A stretch of 64,000 nt of DNA, from contig CAMTVM010000030.1 of assembly GCA_947085195.1 (NCBI GenBank), positions 337-64,336 of the forward strand, written 5' to 3'. Under the pieces are notes generated by a model. It saw nothing but the letters and a program-made list of their open reading frames with translations. It was not told the origin of the DNA and made no database searches. A program made the position numbers and the translations under genes. Of the stretch, positions 1 through 9,477 are shown in pieces (the first letter of the stretch is position 1; every line of letters starts with the position of its first letter). Origin of the DNA: an uncultured Chloroflexota bacterium. GTDB lineage: Bacteria; Chloroflexota; Limnocylindria; Limnocylindrales; CSP1-4.

Positions 1-42
1 TTCGACCCCTGCCGCTCGTCGCGCCGGCGGCGAGTGATCCCG

Positions 43-72
43 CCACCCTCGGGTGCATGGCACCGAGGGTGG
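43..72. repeat. GC-rich inverted repeat / hairpin (10 bp + 1-nt bulge + 3 bp stem, 3-nt loop)
   Basis: Read directly: ccaccctcg(g)tgc-atg-gcaccgagggtgg. No U-tract follows. No supportable gene lies in 1-460. Confidence 0.5.
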
Positions 73-460
73 CGATCAGGCTGGATCGGGAGCCCGCAGC
101 CGGTCAGGGGCGGGAGCGGCCAGGCTCTGCGGCGACGGTGGCTGCCGGACGCCCGTCGAGTGGGCACTGGCCAGCGCGTCCGGGTCCGGCCGTCCTCGAC
201 CGCGTGCCATCTGCCCGCGTGTCGGGCGTACGGGCCCGCCCGAGGTCGCCGGGGGCCGCTCCCGGCGCCTCCGGCCGGCCGGTGTCCGGTGGGCGCGGCG
301 GCCAGTGCTCGCTTCATGGTCATCTGGCAGGGGCGCCACACCCGGTGGCAGGACGCCGAGATCCAGGACGCCGTGCCGGGGGTCTGACCTGCTAGATTCG
401 CGTCACCGACGACCTCGGCGGCCCATCGCCAGCGTCCCCACCGCGAGGAGCCCCGGAGCG

Positions 461-1507
461 ATGCCCGCCTCTGCACCCACCCGCGTCGGCCTCGTCGGGG
501 TTGGCCTCATGGCCCGCCACCACCTCACGACCATGCTCGATCGCGCCGACACGGTCGTGACGGCGGTGTGCGAGCCCTCGGCGGCGGCCTGGGCCATCGC
601 TGCGAACGAGTTCACGAAGCGCGGTGTTGCGCCGGCCCCCAACGAGCCCGACTGGGAGCGCTTCATTGCGCGTTTCGCCGGCTCGCTCGACGCGGTCCTC
701 ATCAGCACGCCGCACGCGATGCACCATGACCAGGCGACGGCATGCCTTGAGGCCGGCCTCGACGTCCTGCTCGAGAAGCCGATGGTGATGAACGCGACCG
801 AGGCGACGTCCCTGATCGAGACGCGCGACCGGACCGGGCGGCTGCTCGTCGTCGCCTTTCCCGGCAGCCTGTCGCCGCACGTCCGCGAGGCCGCGCGCAT
901 GATCCGGGCCGGCGAGGTCGGCGCCATCCTGAACATCGACGCCGTTGTCTGGCAGGACTGGCACACCAACGCCCAGGGCACGTGGCGCCAGGTCCCGGAG
1001 ATGTCCGGCGGCGGGTTCCTGTTCGACACCGGCGCGCACATGCTCAACACGGTCGCCGACATCGTCGGCGAGGAGGTGACGGAAGTCGTGGCCTGGCTGG
1101 AGGATGACGGTGCGCCGGTGGACCTTCGCGGCGTGATCATGGCCCGCATCGCGTCGGGTGGCCTCGTCACGATGAACGCGTGCGGACGAGCCATCCCATC
1201 CTGTGCCTCCGAGATCCGGGTCTTCTGCGAGCAGGCGACGATCCGGACCGGCATCTGGGGGGAGCGCCTCGAGATCCAGCGGGCGGGTGACGAAGGCCTC
1301 GTCCCTGTCCGCGCCGCGGTGCCCGGCACGGTCTGGGAGCAGTTCCTCGACGTGCGCAGCGGCCGGATCCGAAATCCCAGCCCGCCGGAGGTGGGCCACC
1401 GCATGGCCCTCCTGTGGGATGCCATCCGGGCGTCGGCCGCTCGCGGCGGGAGCGTCGTCCGCCCGACCTTCGTCCACCCGGCCATCGCCCTCGGGGAGAC
1501 CGCATGA
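461..1507 (+). CDS. Gfo/Idh/MocA family NAD(P)-dependent oxidoreductase (ThuB-like)
   Basis: The N-terminal Rossmann motif [14 protein letters not shown] starts right after the ATG at 461. The 5' part of the 53..1507 ORF is Arg/Gly-rich junk. The stop overlaps the next start (ATGA at 1504-1507). Confidence 0.8.
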   Translation: MPASAPTRVGLVGVGLMARHHLTTMLDRADTVVTAVCEPSAAAWAIAANEFTKRGVAPAPNEPDWERFIARFAGSLDAVLISTPHAMHHDQATACLEAGLDVLLEKPMVMNATEATSLIETRDRTGRLLVVAFPGSLSPHVREAARMIRAGEVGAILNIDAVVWQDWHTNAQGTWRQVPEMSGGGFLFDTGAHMLNTVADIVGEEVTEVVAWLEDDGAPVDLRGVIMARIASGGLVTMNACGRAIPSCASEIRVFCEQATIRTGIWGERLEIQRAGDEGLVPVRAAVPGTVWEQFLDVRSGRIRNPSPPEVGHRMALLWDAIRASAARGGSVVRPTFVHPAIALGETA

Positions 1508-2226
1508 CCGTCCGCGTAACGATCTGGAACGAGTTCCGCCAGGAGCACACGGACGAACCGGTCCGGCGCATCTACCCCGACGGCATCCACGTCGCCATCG
1601 CCGACGGCCTGCGCGGGGAGCCGGGTGTGACGGTCCGGACGGCGACGCTGGACGAGCCGGAGCACGGCCTGACCGATGCGGTGCTGGCCGAGACGGACGT
1701 GCTGACGTGGTGGGGGCACGTGGCCCACGGCGAGGTCTCGGATACGGTCGTGGACCGCGTCCAGCGCCGGGTCCTCGAGGGGATGGGCCTCATCGTCCTC
1801 CACTCGGGTCACTTCTCGCGGATCTTCCAGCGACTGATGGGCACCTCCTGCGACCTGATCTGGCGGGAGGACGGCGGCCGCGAGCGGCTCTGGGTGGTGG
1901 ACCCGTCCCACCCGATCGCGCTCGGCCTGGGCGCCAGTTTCATCCTTCCAGAGGAGGAGATGTACGGGGAGCACTTCGACATCCCGGCGCCCGACGGCCT
2001 GGTGTTCCTGAGCTGGTTCCAGGGCGGTGAGGTGTTTCGAAGCGGCTGCTGGTTCACGCGCGGTCGCGGGCGGATCTTCTACTTCCGCCCCGGCCACGAG
2101 ACGCACCCGACGTACTACGACGAGCATGTTCGCAAGGTCATCGCCAACGCGGTCCGCTGGGCTGCGGCACCAGGAGGCGACCTGCCGTCATACGGCCATC
2201 GCCCGGAGCCCCTGGAGCCGGTCTGA
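1504..2226 (+). CDS. ThuA-domain (trehalose utilisation-like) protein
   Basis: [15 protein letters not shown]..., ...VLTWWGH..., ...[11 protein letters not shown] are typical of the ThuA family. ATGA coupling to the upstream oxidoreductase mirrors thuAB pairs. Confidence 0.75.
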   Translation: MTVRVTIWNEFRQEHTDEPVRRIYPDGIHVAIADGLRGEPGVTVRTATLDEPEHGLTDAVLAETDVLTWWGHVAHGEVSDTVVDRVQRRVLEGMGLIVLHSGHFSRIFQRLMGTSCDLIWREDGGRERLWVVDPSHPIALGLGASFILPEEEMYGEHFDIPAPDGLVFLSWFQGGEVFRSGCWFTRGRGRIFYFRPGHETHPTYYDEHVRKVIANAVRWAAAPGGDLPSYGHRPEPLEPV

Positions 2227-2303
2227 GGTCAGCCCTGGGCGGCGCGGGCCACGGCCACCATCGCGGCTGCGCTGTCGCCGGTGCTTGCGCGACGTCCCCG
2301 GTG

Positions 2304-3146
2304 CTAGCGCCCGACGCCTCCGGAGAGCCCCCGCATGATGTACTTCGAAGCGCCCGCGAGCAGGATCAGCGGGATCGACGAGGTGATCAGCAGACCCGCC
2401 GAGACGAGCGGCTGGTCCGTCATGAAGCGGGTCCCGATCATCGCGAGCGTCGGGATCAGGAGTCGCATCGATTGATCCGGGATGAGGATGAAGGCGAAGA
2501 TCAGCTCGTTCCAGACAGCCAGGAACTGCAGGACCGCCAGCGTCGCGATGCCCGAGCTGCCCATCGGCAGGATGATCGACCAGATCATGCGCAGGAAGCC
2601 CGCGCCGTCCATGCGCGCTGACTCGATCACCTCGTCCGGGATGCCGCGGAACGACAGGGACAGGAAGAACACCGAGAACGGCAGCCCGCCGGCGACGTAG
2701 ACGAGGATCAGGCCCCAGTAGTCGCCCACCAGCCCGAGCCGCGAGAGCAGGAGGTAGATCGGGATGATGAGCACGGGTCCGGGGACCAGCATCACCGACA
2801 CGAACGACGCGGTGATGAACCGCACCTTCGGCACCGGCAGCTTTGCGAGCGCATAGCCCGCCACGATCGACAGACTGAGCACGATCAGGACCGAGACGGT
2901 CGAGACGTAGAGGCTGTTCATGAACGCCCGCCCGACGTTGTACACGTCCAGCAGCTGGACATAGTTCGCCAGCGTCCACACGCCCGGCAGGCCGAACGGG
3001 TCCTTCAGATAGTCGGCATTCGGCCGCAGCGAGGTGACGAGGATGAAGTACAGCGGGTAGGCGATCGTCAGGGCGACGAGGCACAGCACGCCGAAGACGG
3101 GCCAGCGGGCGGTCTTGCCAAGCGTCACGCTCGTGCCTTCCGACAT
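2304..3146 (-). CDS. Carbohydrate ABC transporter permease (CUT1 family, MalG/AraQ-like)
   Basis: Multi-TM protein with the EAA-like loop (ESARMDGAGFLRMIWSIILP). The start was moved to MSEGTSV (ATG at 3146), 2 nt after the upstream stop. Confidence 0.85.
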   Translation of the reverse strand: MSEGTSVTLGKTARWPVFGVLCLVALTIAYPLYFILVTSLRPNADYLKDPFGLPGVWTLANYVQLLDVYNVGRAFMNSLYVSTVSVLIVLSLSIVAGYALAKLPVPKVRFITASFVSVMLVPGPVLIIPIYLLLSRLGLVGDYWGLILVYVAGGLPFSVFFLSLSFRGIPDEVIESARMDGAGFLRMIWSIILPMGSSGIATLAVLQFLAVWNELIFAFILIPDQSMRLLIPTLAMIGTRFMTDQPLVSAGLLITSSIPLILLAGASKYIMRGLSGGVGR

Positions 3147-3148
3147 GG

Positions 3149-4009
3149 TCAGTCCACCTCCTGGAGCCGGAAGACCTTGGCCTGGATCACGGTCAGGATG
3201 GCGATGAACACGAACAGGGTCATCGCCAGCGCGGCGCCCGATCCGAGGTTCGAGCTGGAGAACGCGCGGAGGTAGACGAGGTAGTCGATCGTGGTCGTGC
3301 CGAAGCCGGGTCCCCCGGCAGTCATGACGAACACGAATCCGAACAGTGCCGTGAACGTGTACAGCACGTTGATGATGAACACGAATCCGAGGATCTTGCG
3401 GATGTTCGGCATCGTGATGAACCACAGCCGCTTCCACCAGCCCGCGCCGTCGAGCGCGGCCGCCTCGAACACCGCTGGGCTGATCGAGGTCAATCCGGAG
3501 AGGAGCAGCAGCGCCTGGAACCCGAAGCCGGACCAGACCAGGGCAAGGACGATGATGGAGATGGCGAGCGTGGTGTCCGTGAAGAACTGGACGGGCTCAC
3601 CGCCGAACAATCCCAGGAACTGGTTCACCGGGCCGTAATAGCCGAAGGCGTTCCGGAACATGATCCCGATGACGGCCACCGAGAGCACATTCGGCAGGAA
3701 GAAGACGACCCGGAAGAACCGCCAGCCTCGCACGCGCTCGAACAGGAGCACGGACACCAGCAGGGCGACGAAGATCACCAGCGGGACCGAAATCAGGAAC
3801 TTGAGGTTGTTGACGAACACCAGCGCGACGATGGGATCGGTGAGCAGCATGGTGTAGTTCTCGAACCAGCGCCATTCGAACGTCAGGCCGTTGGTCCGGG
3901 TGAACGAGATGAACAGCGCGAACAGGATCGGGTACGCCGAGAACCCGACCACGACGGCGAGCGCGGGCAGGACGGCCAGGAGGCCGACCAGGCCATTGCG
4001 CTTGCGCAT
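3149..4009 (-). CDS. Carbohydrate ABC transporter permease (CUT1 family, MalF/AraP-like)
   Basis: Six predicted TM segments. The EAAALDGAGWWKRLWFITMP motif is present. Confidence 0.85.
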   Translation of the reverse strand: MRKRNGLVGLLAVLPALAVVVGFSAYPILFALFISFTRTNGLTFEWRWFENYTMLLTDPIVALVFVNNLKFLISVPLVIFVALLVSVLLFERVRGWRFFRVVFFLPNVLSVAVIGIMFRNAFGYYGPVNQFLGLFGGEPVQFFTDTTLAISIIVLALVWSGFGFQALLLLSGLTSISPAVFEAAALDGAGWWKRLWFITMPNIRKILGFVFIINVLYTFTALFGFVFVMTAGGPGFGTTTIDYLVYLRAFSSSNLGSGAALAMTLFVFIAILTVIQAKVFRLQEVD

Positions 4010-4089
4010 CGCTCAGGGGGCCTAGGGGCGGGCATGGCGCATCGCCCGCGGGCGGCCGACGGTGCGGCACCCGCGGGCGGTGGCGTCGA

Positions 4090-5481
4090 TCATCGCTGGC
4101 TGATCTCCAGCTGGTTCGCGGCCTGGAGCTGGGCGACCGCGTCGGCCGGCTTGACCGTCCCGAGGAAGACGCCTGCGTTGAGTCGATAGAACAGGTCGAT
4201 CACGGACTGCGGCATCACGCTGTCGAAGGCGAACACGACACCGTCGGTGGAGTTGCCCAGCTGGACGAACTGCGCCTGCAGGAGCCGGTTCTGGATCAGG
4301 GTCGGGTCGCCGTCACGGTGATTCGACGCCTGGGTCTGGTACAGGGTCACGAACACGTCCTGGTTCTTTGGCTGCGCGAGGAAGCGCAGGAACGCACCGG
4401 CGAGGTCCTTGTTCTTCGAGTACTCCGTGATCGAGAGGGCGATCTCCGGGCCGCCGGCCCCCATCTTCGGGTATGGCGCGCCTTCAAGCATCGGGATGAA
4501 GAACGTGCTGACATCATCGCCGAACGCCTCGGCCATGTTCCGGTTCTCCCAGCTCCCGACGATGTAGTACGCGCCCTTGCCCTGCACGAATCCGGCGGTC
4601 GAGTCGCCGTTCGACACCTGACCCGCGTCGGGGTTGGTGAGGCCGCTTGCCCCGAACTCGGCCCACTTCTCGTAGACCTTGACCATGGCCGGGTCGTCGA
4701 TCGGGACGTCGCCCTTGTACATCCGCGTGAAGATGTTCTCACCGAGCTCGCCGCCGGCCAGGGCAGTCACGACCCAGGCGCCGACGTAGCCCTCGAGGTT
4801 CGCCACCCAGAACGGCGTCTGGCCGGTCCGATCGAGGATCTGACGGCCATTGGCCATCAGTCCTTCCCACGTCTCCGGCGGGTCCGCGGGGTCCAGGCCG
4901 GCTGCTTCGAGCATCTTGTTGTTCGCGAACACCGTGAACAGGTTGCCCGCCCCGTACGGCATGCCGAGGATGCGGCCGTTCGGGTCGAAGTCCTCGCGGT
5001 TGACCGAGAAGCCCGCCATCGAGCCGAGGATGTCGTCGTTGAGGTGAGGCGTGAGGTCGGTGAAGAACTCCGAGTATGAGATCGTCGGACCACCGGCGTA
5101 CTGGATCCGGATGTCCGGCCCGTTCCCGGCGATGGATGCCGCCTGGAACTGCGCGGCGTTGGTGGTGATGTCCCCGCCCTGCTGGACGACGGTCACGTCC
5201 ACGCCCGGATTCGCTTCTTCGAACTTGACCGCCATCTGGTCGATGAACGAATTCGCCATGTCGGGAGCCCCGCCCTCGAGAAGTCGGCCGAGGATGCCGG
5301 TATCCCAGATGAGCAGGTCGCCCGACAGGCTGGCGTCCGTGGGTGCCGGGCTTGCAGCCGGGCTCGTACCGGTGGGTGCCGGGCTCGCAGCCGGGCTCGT
5401 GCCCGGGGAGGCCGGTGAGCAGGCGGCGAGTACCACCAGCATTCCGGACGTAACGATCGCCGCAAGCGTCCGCTTGTTCAT
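4090..5481 (-). CDS. Extracellular sugar-binding lipoprotein of ABC transporter (SBP family 1)
   Basis: MNKRTLAAIVTSGMLVVLAAC is a signal peptide plus lipobox. A Pro/Ala/Ser/Thr linker and a family-1 solute-binding body follow. The start was moved to the ATG at 5481. Confidence 0.8.
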   Translation of the reverse strand: MNKRTLAAIVTSGMLVVLAACSPASPGTSPAASPAPTGTSPAASPAPTDASLSGDLLIWDTGILGRLLEGGAPDMANSFIDQMAVKFEEANPGVDVTVVQQGGDITTNAAQFQAASIAGNGPDIRIQYAGGPTISYSEFFTDLTPHLNDDILGSMAGFSVNREDFDPNGRILGMPYGAGNLFTVFANNKMLEAAGLDPADPPETWEGLMANGRQILDRTGQTPFWVANLEGYVGAWVVTALAGGELGENIFTRMYKGDVPIDDPAMVKVYEKWAEFGASGLTNPDAGQVSNGDSTAGFVQGKGAYYIVGSWENRNMAEAFGDDVSTFFIPMLEGAPYPKMGAGGPEIALSITEYSKNKDLAGAFLRFLAQPKNQDVFVTLYQTQASNHRDGDPTLIQNRLLQAQFVQLGNSTDGVVFAFDSVMPQSVIDLFYRLNAGVFLGTVKPADAVAQLQAANQLEISQR

Positions 5482-5550
5482 GCCGTGTCCTCCGTAGCAC
5501 TCGACCGGCGGACACCGGTAAGCGAGTGAACCATGCCTCGATGTCCCCAA

Positions 5551-5731
5551 TCGTCATATCTAAGGGATCATCAAGTACCCTAACAGCACGAATGCCGCGA
5601 ACGCAAGGGGTTGCGGTGTTGACATAACATATGATGTAACGAAGGTGTCGCCGGTCTTGCGACATCGATCCGGCCGCCACGCGTGCCGGTACCCGATCAC
5701 CGGATCGCAGCGCGAGGGGCGACAACTGCTG
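5551..5731. promoter_or_regulatory. AT-rich divergent promoter region between the sugar ABC operon (-) and the dehydratase/GntR genes (+)
   Basis: Local AT-rich island in a ~70% GC background. It contains TTGACA (5619-5624), TATGAT (5630-5635) and an ACAT-ATG-ATGT inverted repeat around a CATATG core. Exact promoter assignment is not resolved. Confidence 0.4.
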
Positions 5732-6928
5732 ATGGACATCGACGCGGTCGACTTCTTCTACGCTGCGATGCCCGACGTGACGCTCGAGGCGGACGGCAGT
5801 CAGGACGCCCTGCTGGTTCGCGTCACGGCGGGCGGCCACGTCGGATGGGGCGAATGCGAGGCCTCCCCCCTGACCTCCATCGCCGCGTTCGTGACACCAC
5901 GGTCCCATGGCGTGTGCCAGCCGGTCGCGGCCAGCGTGCTCGGACAGCGGCTCGACGGTCCTGCCGACATCGAGCGGATCGGCCAGCTCGTCGGCCGGAA
6001 CAGCATGGACCTGCTCCAGGCCGCCCACACGTGGTCTGGCATCGAGATCGCGCTCTGGGACATCCTCGGCCGCATCCGGGAGGAGCCGGTATGGCGCCTG
6101 CTCGGCTTCGCCGCGAACTACGCCAAGGTGCCGTATGCGTCGATGCTCCTGGGCGACACCCCGCAACTGACGCTCGACCGCGCACGCGGGGCGCGCCAGC
6201 GTGGCTTTCGCGCCGTGAAGTTCGGCTGGGGCCAATATGGCACGGGATCGGTCGAGGACGACGCCGATCACGTGGCCGCCGCGCGTGAGGGACTCGGCGA
6301 CGACGCCCTGTTGCTCATCGATGCCGGACAGATCTGGGGCGACGATGTCGAACAGGCCGCGGATCGCCTCCCGGCGCTCGAGGCCGCGCATGCCACGTGG
6401 CTCGAGGAACCGTTCGTGCCGCACGCCTTCGGGGCGCACGCGGCCCTCGCCAGCCGCTCGCGCAGCGTCGGACTGGCCGGCGGCGAGGGCGCCCACAACA
6501 TTCACATGGCCACGAACCTCATCGACTACGGCGGTGTCCGGTTCATCCAGATCGACGCCGCGCGCGTCGGTGGGATCGGGCCCTCCAAGGCCGTGGCCGA
6601 CCACGCGGTACGCCGCGGCGTGACCTACGTCAACCACACGTTCACCTCGCACCTGGCGCTGTCGGCTTCGCTCCAGCCCTATGCGGGGCTGGTCGACCAC
6701 CGCATCTGCGAATACCCAGCGGAGCCGAAGCAGGTCGCGCTGGACCTGTCGGCGAACCACATCCTGCTGGATGCCAACGGCGAGGTCCGAGCACCCGACG
6801 CACCAGGGCTCGGGATCGACGTCGATCTCGTGGGCCTGGCGCCGTATCTGCGCACGGTCGAGATCCGGATCGACGGCTCGCTCGTCTTCCTGAGCCCGGA
6901 GCCGAACAGGGTCCTGGAGACCGTATAG
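5732..6928 (+). CDS. Enolase-superfamily enzyme (mandelate racemase/muconate lactonising family; probable sugar-acid dehydratase)
   Basis: MDIDAVDFFY...VTAGGHVGWGECEASP, ...WSGIEIALWDILGR..., ...LLIDAGQIW..., ...LEEP..., ...IQIDAARVGGI... are MR/MLE hallmarks. Confidence 0.8.
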   Translation: MDIDAVDFFYAAMPDVTLEADGSQDALLVRVTAGGHVGWGECEASPLTSIAAFVTPRSHGVCQPVAASVLGQRLDGPADIERIGQLVGRNSMDLLQAAHTWSGIEIALWDILGRIREEPVWRLLGFAANYAKVPYASMLLGDTPQLTLDRARGARQRGFRAVKFGWGQYGTGSVEDDADHVAAAREGLGDDALLLIDAGQIWGDDVEQAADRLPALEAAHATWLEEPFVPHAFGAHAALASRSRSVGLAGGEGAHNIHMATNLIDYGGVRFIQIDAARVGGIGPSKAVADHAVRRGVTYVNHTFTSHLALSASLQPYAGLVDHRICEYPAEPKQVALDLSANHILLDANGEVRAPDAPGLGIDVDLVGLAPYLRTVEIRIDGSLVFLSPEPNRVLETV

Positions 6929-7019
6929 CGTGGGCATGGAGGCGAGTACGCTGCCACCGTCACGTGGCCGGGGCCGGGGATTCGGCGCCGCGCAGCGCTC
7001 GGAGGAGGCTCACATCAGG

Positions 7020-7787
7020 ATGGATCGTCCTGCCGAACCGCACCGATCGTCAGGCTACGCGATGCGCGGCCGGCAGGGCCGAGTCATCGATGCTGTGGGA
7101 AGCCAGATCATCGGCGGCCGCTATGCGCCGGGCGACGTCCTGCCGACCGAGGCCGAGCTGACCGAGGAGCACCTGGTCAGCCGCACGTCGGTCCGGGAGG
7201 CCATGCGCGTGCTCGCCGCCAAGGGCCTCGTGGAGATCCGCCGGAAGGTCGGGACGCGCGTCCGCCAGCCGGAGCAGTGGAATGTCTTCGATGCGGATAT
7301 CCTGCGCTGGCACAGCGAGCAGGGTCGCGGCACGGCGATCCTGCGCGACCTGGTCGAGACGCGGCAGATCCTCGAACCCGCTGCCGCTCGGCTGGCAGCC
7401 GGTCGCGCGTCGATGCACGACCTCAAGCGCATGAGTGACGCCGTCCGAGCGATGGCCGAGCACGTGTCGGATCACGATGCCTATGCCCACGCCGACGTCG
7501 ACTTCCATCTCGCGATCTATGCCGGCTCGCACAACCTGCTGCTGCGCCAGTTCGGCACCGTGGTGGCCGATCTCCTGTACCTGACCTTCAACCTGCAGCA
7601 GGTGGTGACAGCCGACGATCGCCTGCTCGCCAAGGACGCTGAGCGGCACGCCGCCGTGTTCCGAGCCATCGACCGGGGCGACGGCAAGGCGGCCGCCGAA
7701 GCGATGCTGACCGTCGTGCTCGACGGCAAGAACGACCTCGCACGGGCCCTCGGCGACGCCCGCGACGCCGAACGGGCGAGGGACTGA
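7020..7787 (+). CDS. GntR/FadR-family transcriptional regulator
   Basis: Winged-HTH LPTEAELTEEHLVSRTSVREAMRVLAAKGLVEIRRKVGTRV plus a helical FCD-type C-terminal domain. The start (7020 or 7062) is uncertain. Confidence 0.8.
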   Translation: MDRPAEPHRSSGYAMRGRQGRVIDAVGSQIIGGRYAPGDVLPTEAELTEEHLVSRTSVREAMRVLAAKGLVEIRRKVGTRVRQPEQWNVFDADILRWHSEQGRGTAILRDLVETRQILEPAAARLAAGRASMHDLKRMSDAVRAMAEHVSDHDAYAHADVDFHLAIYAGSHNLLLRQFGTVVADLLYLTFNLQQVVTADDRLLAKDAERHAAVFRAIDRGDGKAAAEAMLTVVLDGKNDLARALGDARDAERARD

Positions 7788-7793
7788 CGAACG

Positions 7794-8732
7794 ATGCCCG
7801 GCGCACCGCCGATGACGCTGCTGCGTGGCCGGGTGAGCGCGCGGATCCGCGCTGACGAGGGGGGCGTGCTCGATGAGCTCCTGGTCGAGGGCCGACCGGT
7901 GCTCGCCCGGACGCCGTGGTCGGAGGACGTGACTCCGGCCCCGCAGGCCCCTGTCTCCGAGGGCGACTGGGTCACCCGATGGCGCGGGGGATGGCAGCTC
8001 TGCTTTCCCAGCAGCGGGCAGCCGGATGGCCGGGCGCCGACCCCGCAGGGGTTCCACGGCATCGCTTCGCAGGGTCCGTGGACGCTCGTCGACGCGGGAC
8101 CGGATCGACTGACCCTGCGCTGGGACGACGCGGACGGCCTGCGGGCAGAGCGCGTGTGGCACCTCACGGATGACGGGATCGCGGCTGCGACGAGCACGAT
8201 CAACGGCGGCGCCGGCAGCCGCCGCATCGCGATCGCCGAGCATCTCGTCCTCGGTGGCGACGTGCTGGCACCGGTGCTCGCGGGAGCGGCACTGGCGCTG
8301 GACGTCCCAGAGGGCACCAGGCTGGCGCCGCTCGACTACGCCGGTCGACCGGCGGGTGATCCCGTCGCTTGGCCCGGTGACCCCGAGGCGCGCTGGGGAA
8401 CGGTCGATGGCGCGACGCCGGCACGGGTCGTGGCCCTGCTCGGGCGCAGCGGCGACACCGACGCCGAGCGGCAGGTGACGGCCCGCGGACCACATGTGCA
8501 CGCGACGATCTCGTGGCGGGGACTTCCCCACGCCCTGCTCTGGGAAGAGCTCGCGGCCTCGCTCGACGCTCCGTGGAACGGGGCCGTCGTCGCCCTGGGT
8601 ATCGAGCCCACCTCCACTCCGCATGGCGCCGGCACCGCCGCGGACCTCGGGATCGTGACGCTCGAGGCGGGGGCGCAGCTGCACTGGCGAACCGCGCTCG
8701 CCGTGCGCTGGACCAGTGCCGGACGACGGTGA
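7794..8732 (+). CDS. Aldose-1-epimerase/galactose-mutarotase-like protein (tentative)
   Basis: Weak family resemblance (WRGGWQLCFPSSGQP, beta-rich composition) and position as first gene of the GH operon. I cannot verify the fold. Confidence 0.4.
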   Translation: MPGAPPMTLLRGRVSARIRADEGGVLDELLVEGRPVLARTPWSEDVTPAPQAPVSEGDWVTRWRGGWQLCFPSSGQPDGRAPTPQGFHGIASQGPWTLVDAGPDRLTLRWDDADGLRAERVWHLTDDGIAAATSTINGGAGSRRIAIAEHLVLGGDVLAPVLAGAALALDVPEGTRLAPLDYAGRPAGDPVAWPGDPEARWGTVDGATPARVVALLGRSGDTDAERQVTARGPHVHATISWRGLPHALLWEELAASLDAPWNGAVVALGIEPTSTPHGAGTAADLGIVTLEAGAQLHWRTALAVRWTSAGRR

Positions 8733-8736
8733 CCCG

Positions 8737-9465
8737 ATGGCGCATCCCCCCCTTCGCTCCCTCATCACCGGCGCGACGCACGGCATCGGCCGGGCCATCG
8801 CCGAGCGGTTGCGCGAACGGGGTGATCTCGTGATCGGGCTCGATCGCGAGCCCGGCCCGGACGTCCTGCTCGCGGACCTGGCCGTGCCCGCCGATCGCGA
8901 ACGTGCATTCGCCGAGGCGAGCGACCTCGCGGGCGGCATCGACGTGCTCGTCAACGTGGCCGGCATCTTCCTCCGGGGATCGATCCACGACAGCACCTTC
9001 GACGATTGGCGGACGGTCTGGGCCGTCGATCTCGAGGCCCCGCTCGACCTGATGCATCGCGTGGCGCCGGGCATGATCGCGCGCGGCTTCGGCCGCATCG
9101 TGAACATCACGAGCGTGCATGCGCGCTCGGCGCAACCGGGCTCCCTCGCCTATGACGTCGCGAAGGCCGGGCTCGAGGCGGCGACCCGGTCGGCCGCCCT
9201 GGATCTCGCGGCGCACGGCGTGCTTGCCAATGCGGTCGCACCGGGATTCGTGCGGACCCGCATGAGTCTCGACGCGGACGGGATCGACGAGAGCGACAGC
9301 GAGACGTTCCGTCGCCGGTACATCGCTTCCGGCCGGCTCCCCGTCGGCCGGAGCGCCATGCCCCACGAGATCGCCCCCGCCGTCGACTGGCTCAGCAGTC
9401 GCGACAACACGTACATCACCGGCCAGGTACTGACCGTCGACGGCGGTCTCACCATGACGTTCTGA
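8737..9465 (+). CDS. Short-chain dehydrogenase/reductase (SDR)
   Basis: TGATHGIGRAIA cofactor motif, NITS, and YDVAKAG (YxxxK). Confidence 0.85.
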   Translation: MAHPPLRSLITGATHGIGRAIAERLRERGDLVIGLDREPGPDVLLADLAVPADRERAFAEASDLAGGIDVLVNVAGIFLRGSIHDSTFDDWRTVWAVDLEAPLDLMHRVAPGMIARGFGRIVNITSVHARSAQPGSLAYDVAKAGLEAATRSAALDLAAHGVLANAVAPGFVRTRMSLDADGIDESDSETFRRRYIASGRLPVGRSAMPHEIAPAVDWLSSRDNTYITGQVLTVDGGLTMTF

Positions 9466-9477
9466 GCGCCGGCTGGC

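Noticed and set aside
1-460. Possible gene at the left edge (ORFs 34-387 and 57-395 on plus, 76-339 on minus, and an open minus-strand frame starting [13 protein letters not shown] that runs off the window).
   Set aside because: All frames translate to Arg/Gly/Pro-rich sequence with no recognisable motif, and GC3 does not discriminate between frames. Only the hairpin at 43-72 is reported.
403-2127. 574-aa minus-strand ORF, representative of many long antisense ORFs (for example 4739-6937, 7050-9110, 8200-10305, 12723-15074, 15269-18439, 20927-22735, 23026-24873, 37945-39492, 41008-42975, 44269-45900, 52310-53578, 57574-59109, 59361-61106, 61857-63497).
   Set aside because: Each lies antisense to or out of frame with a gene that has unmistakable family motifs. 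Their translations are Arg/Pro/Gly/Ala-rich low-complexity sequence, typical of stop-poor frames in ~70% GC DNA. No domain motifs were recognised.
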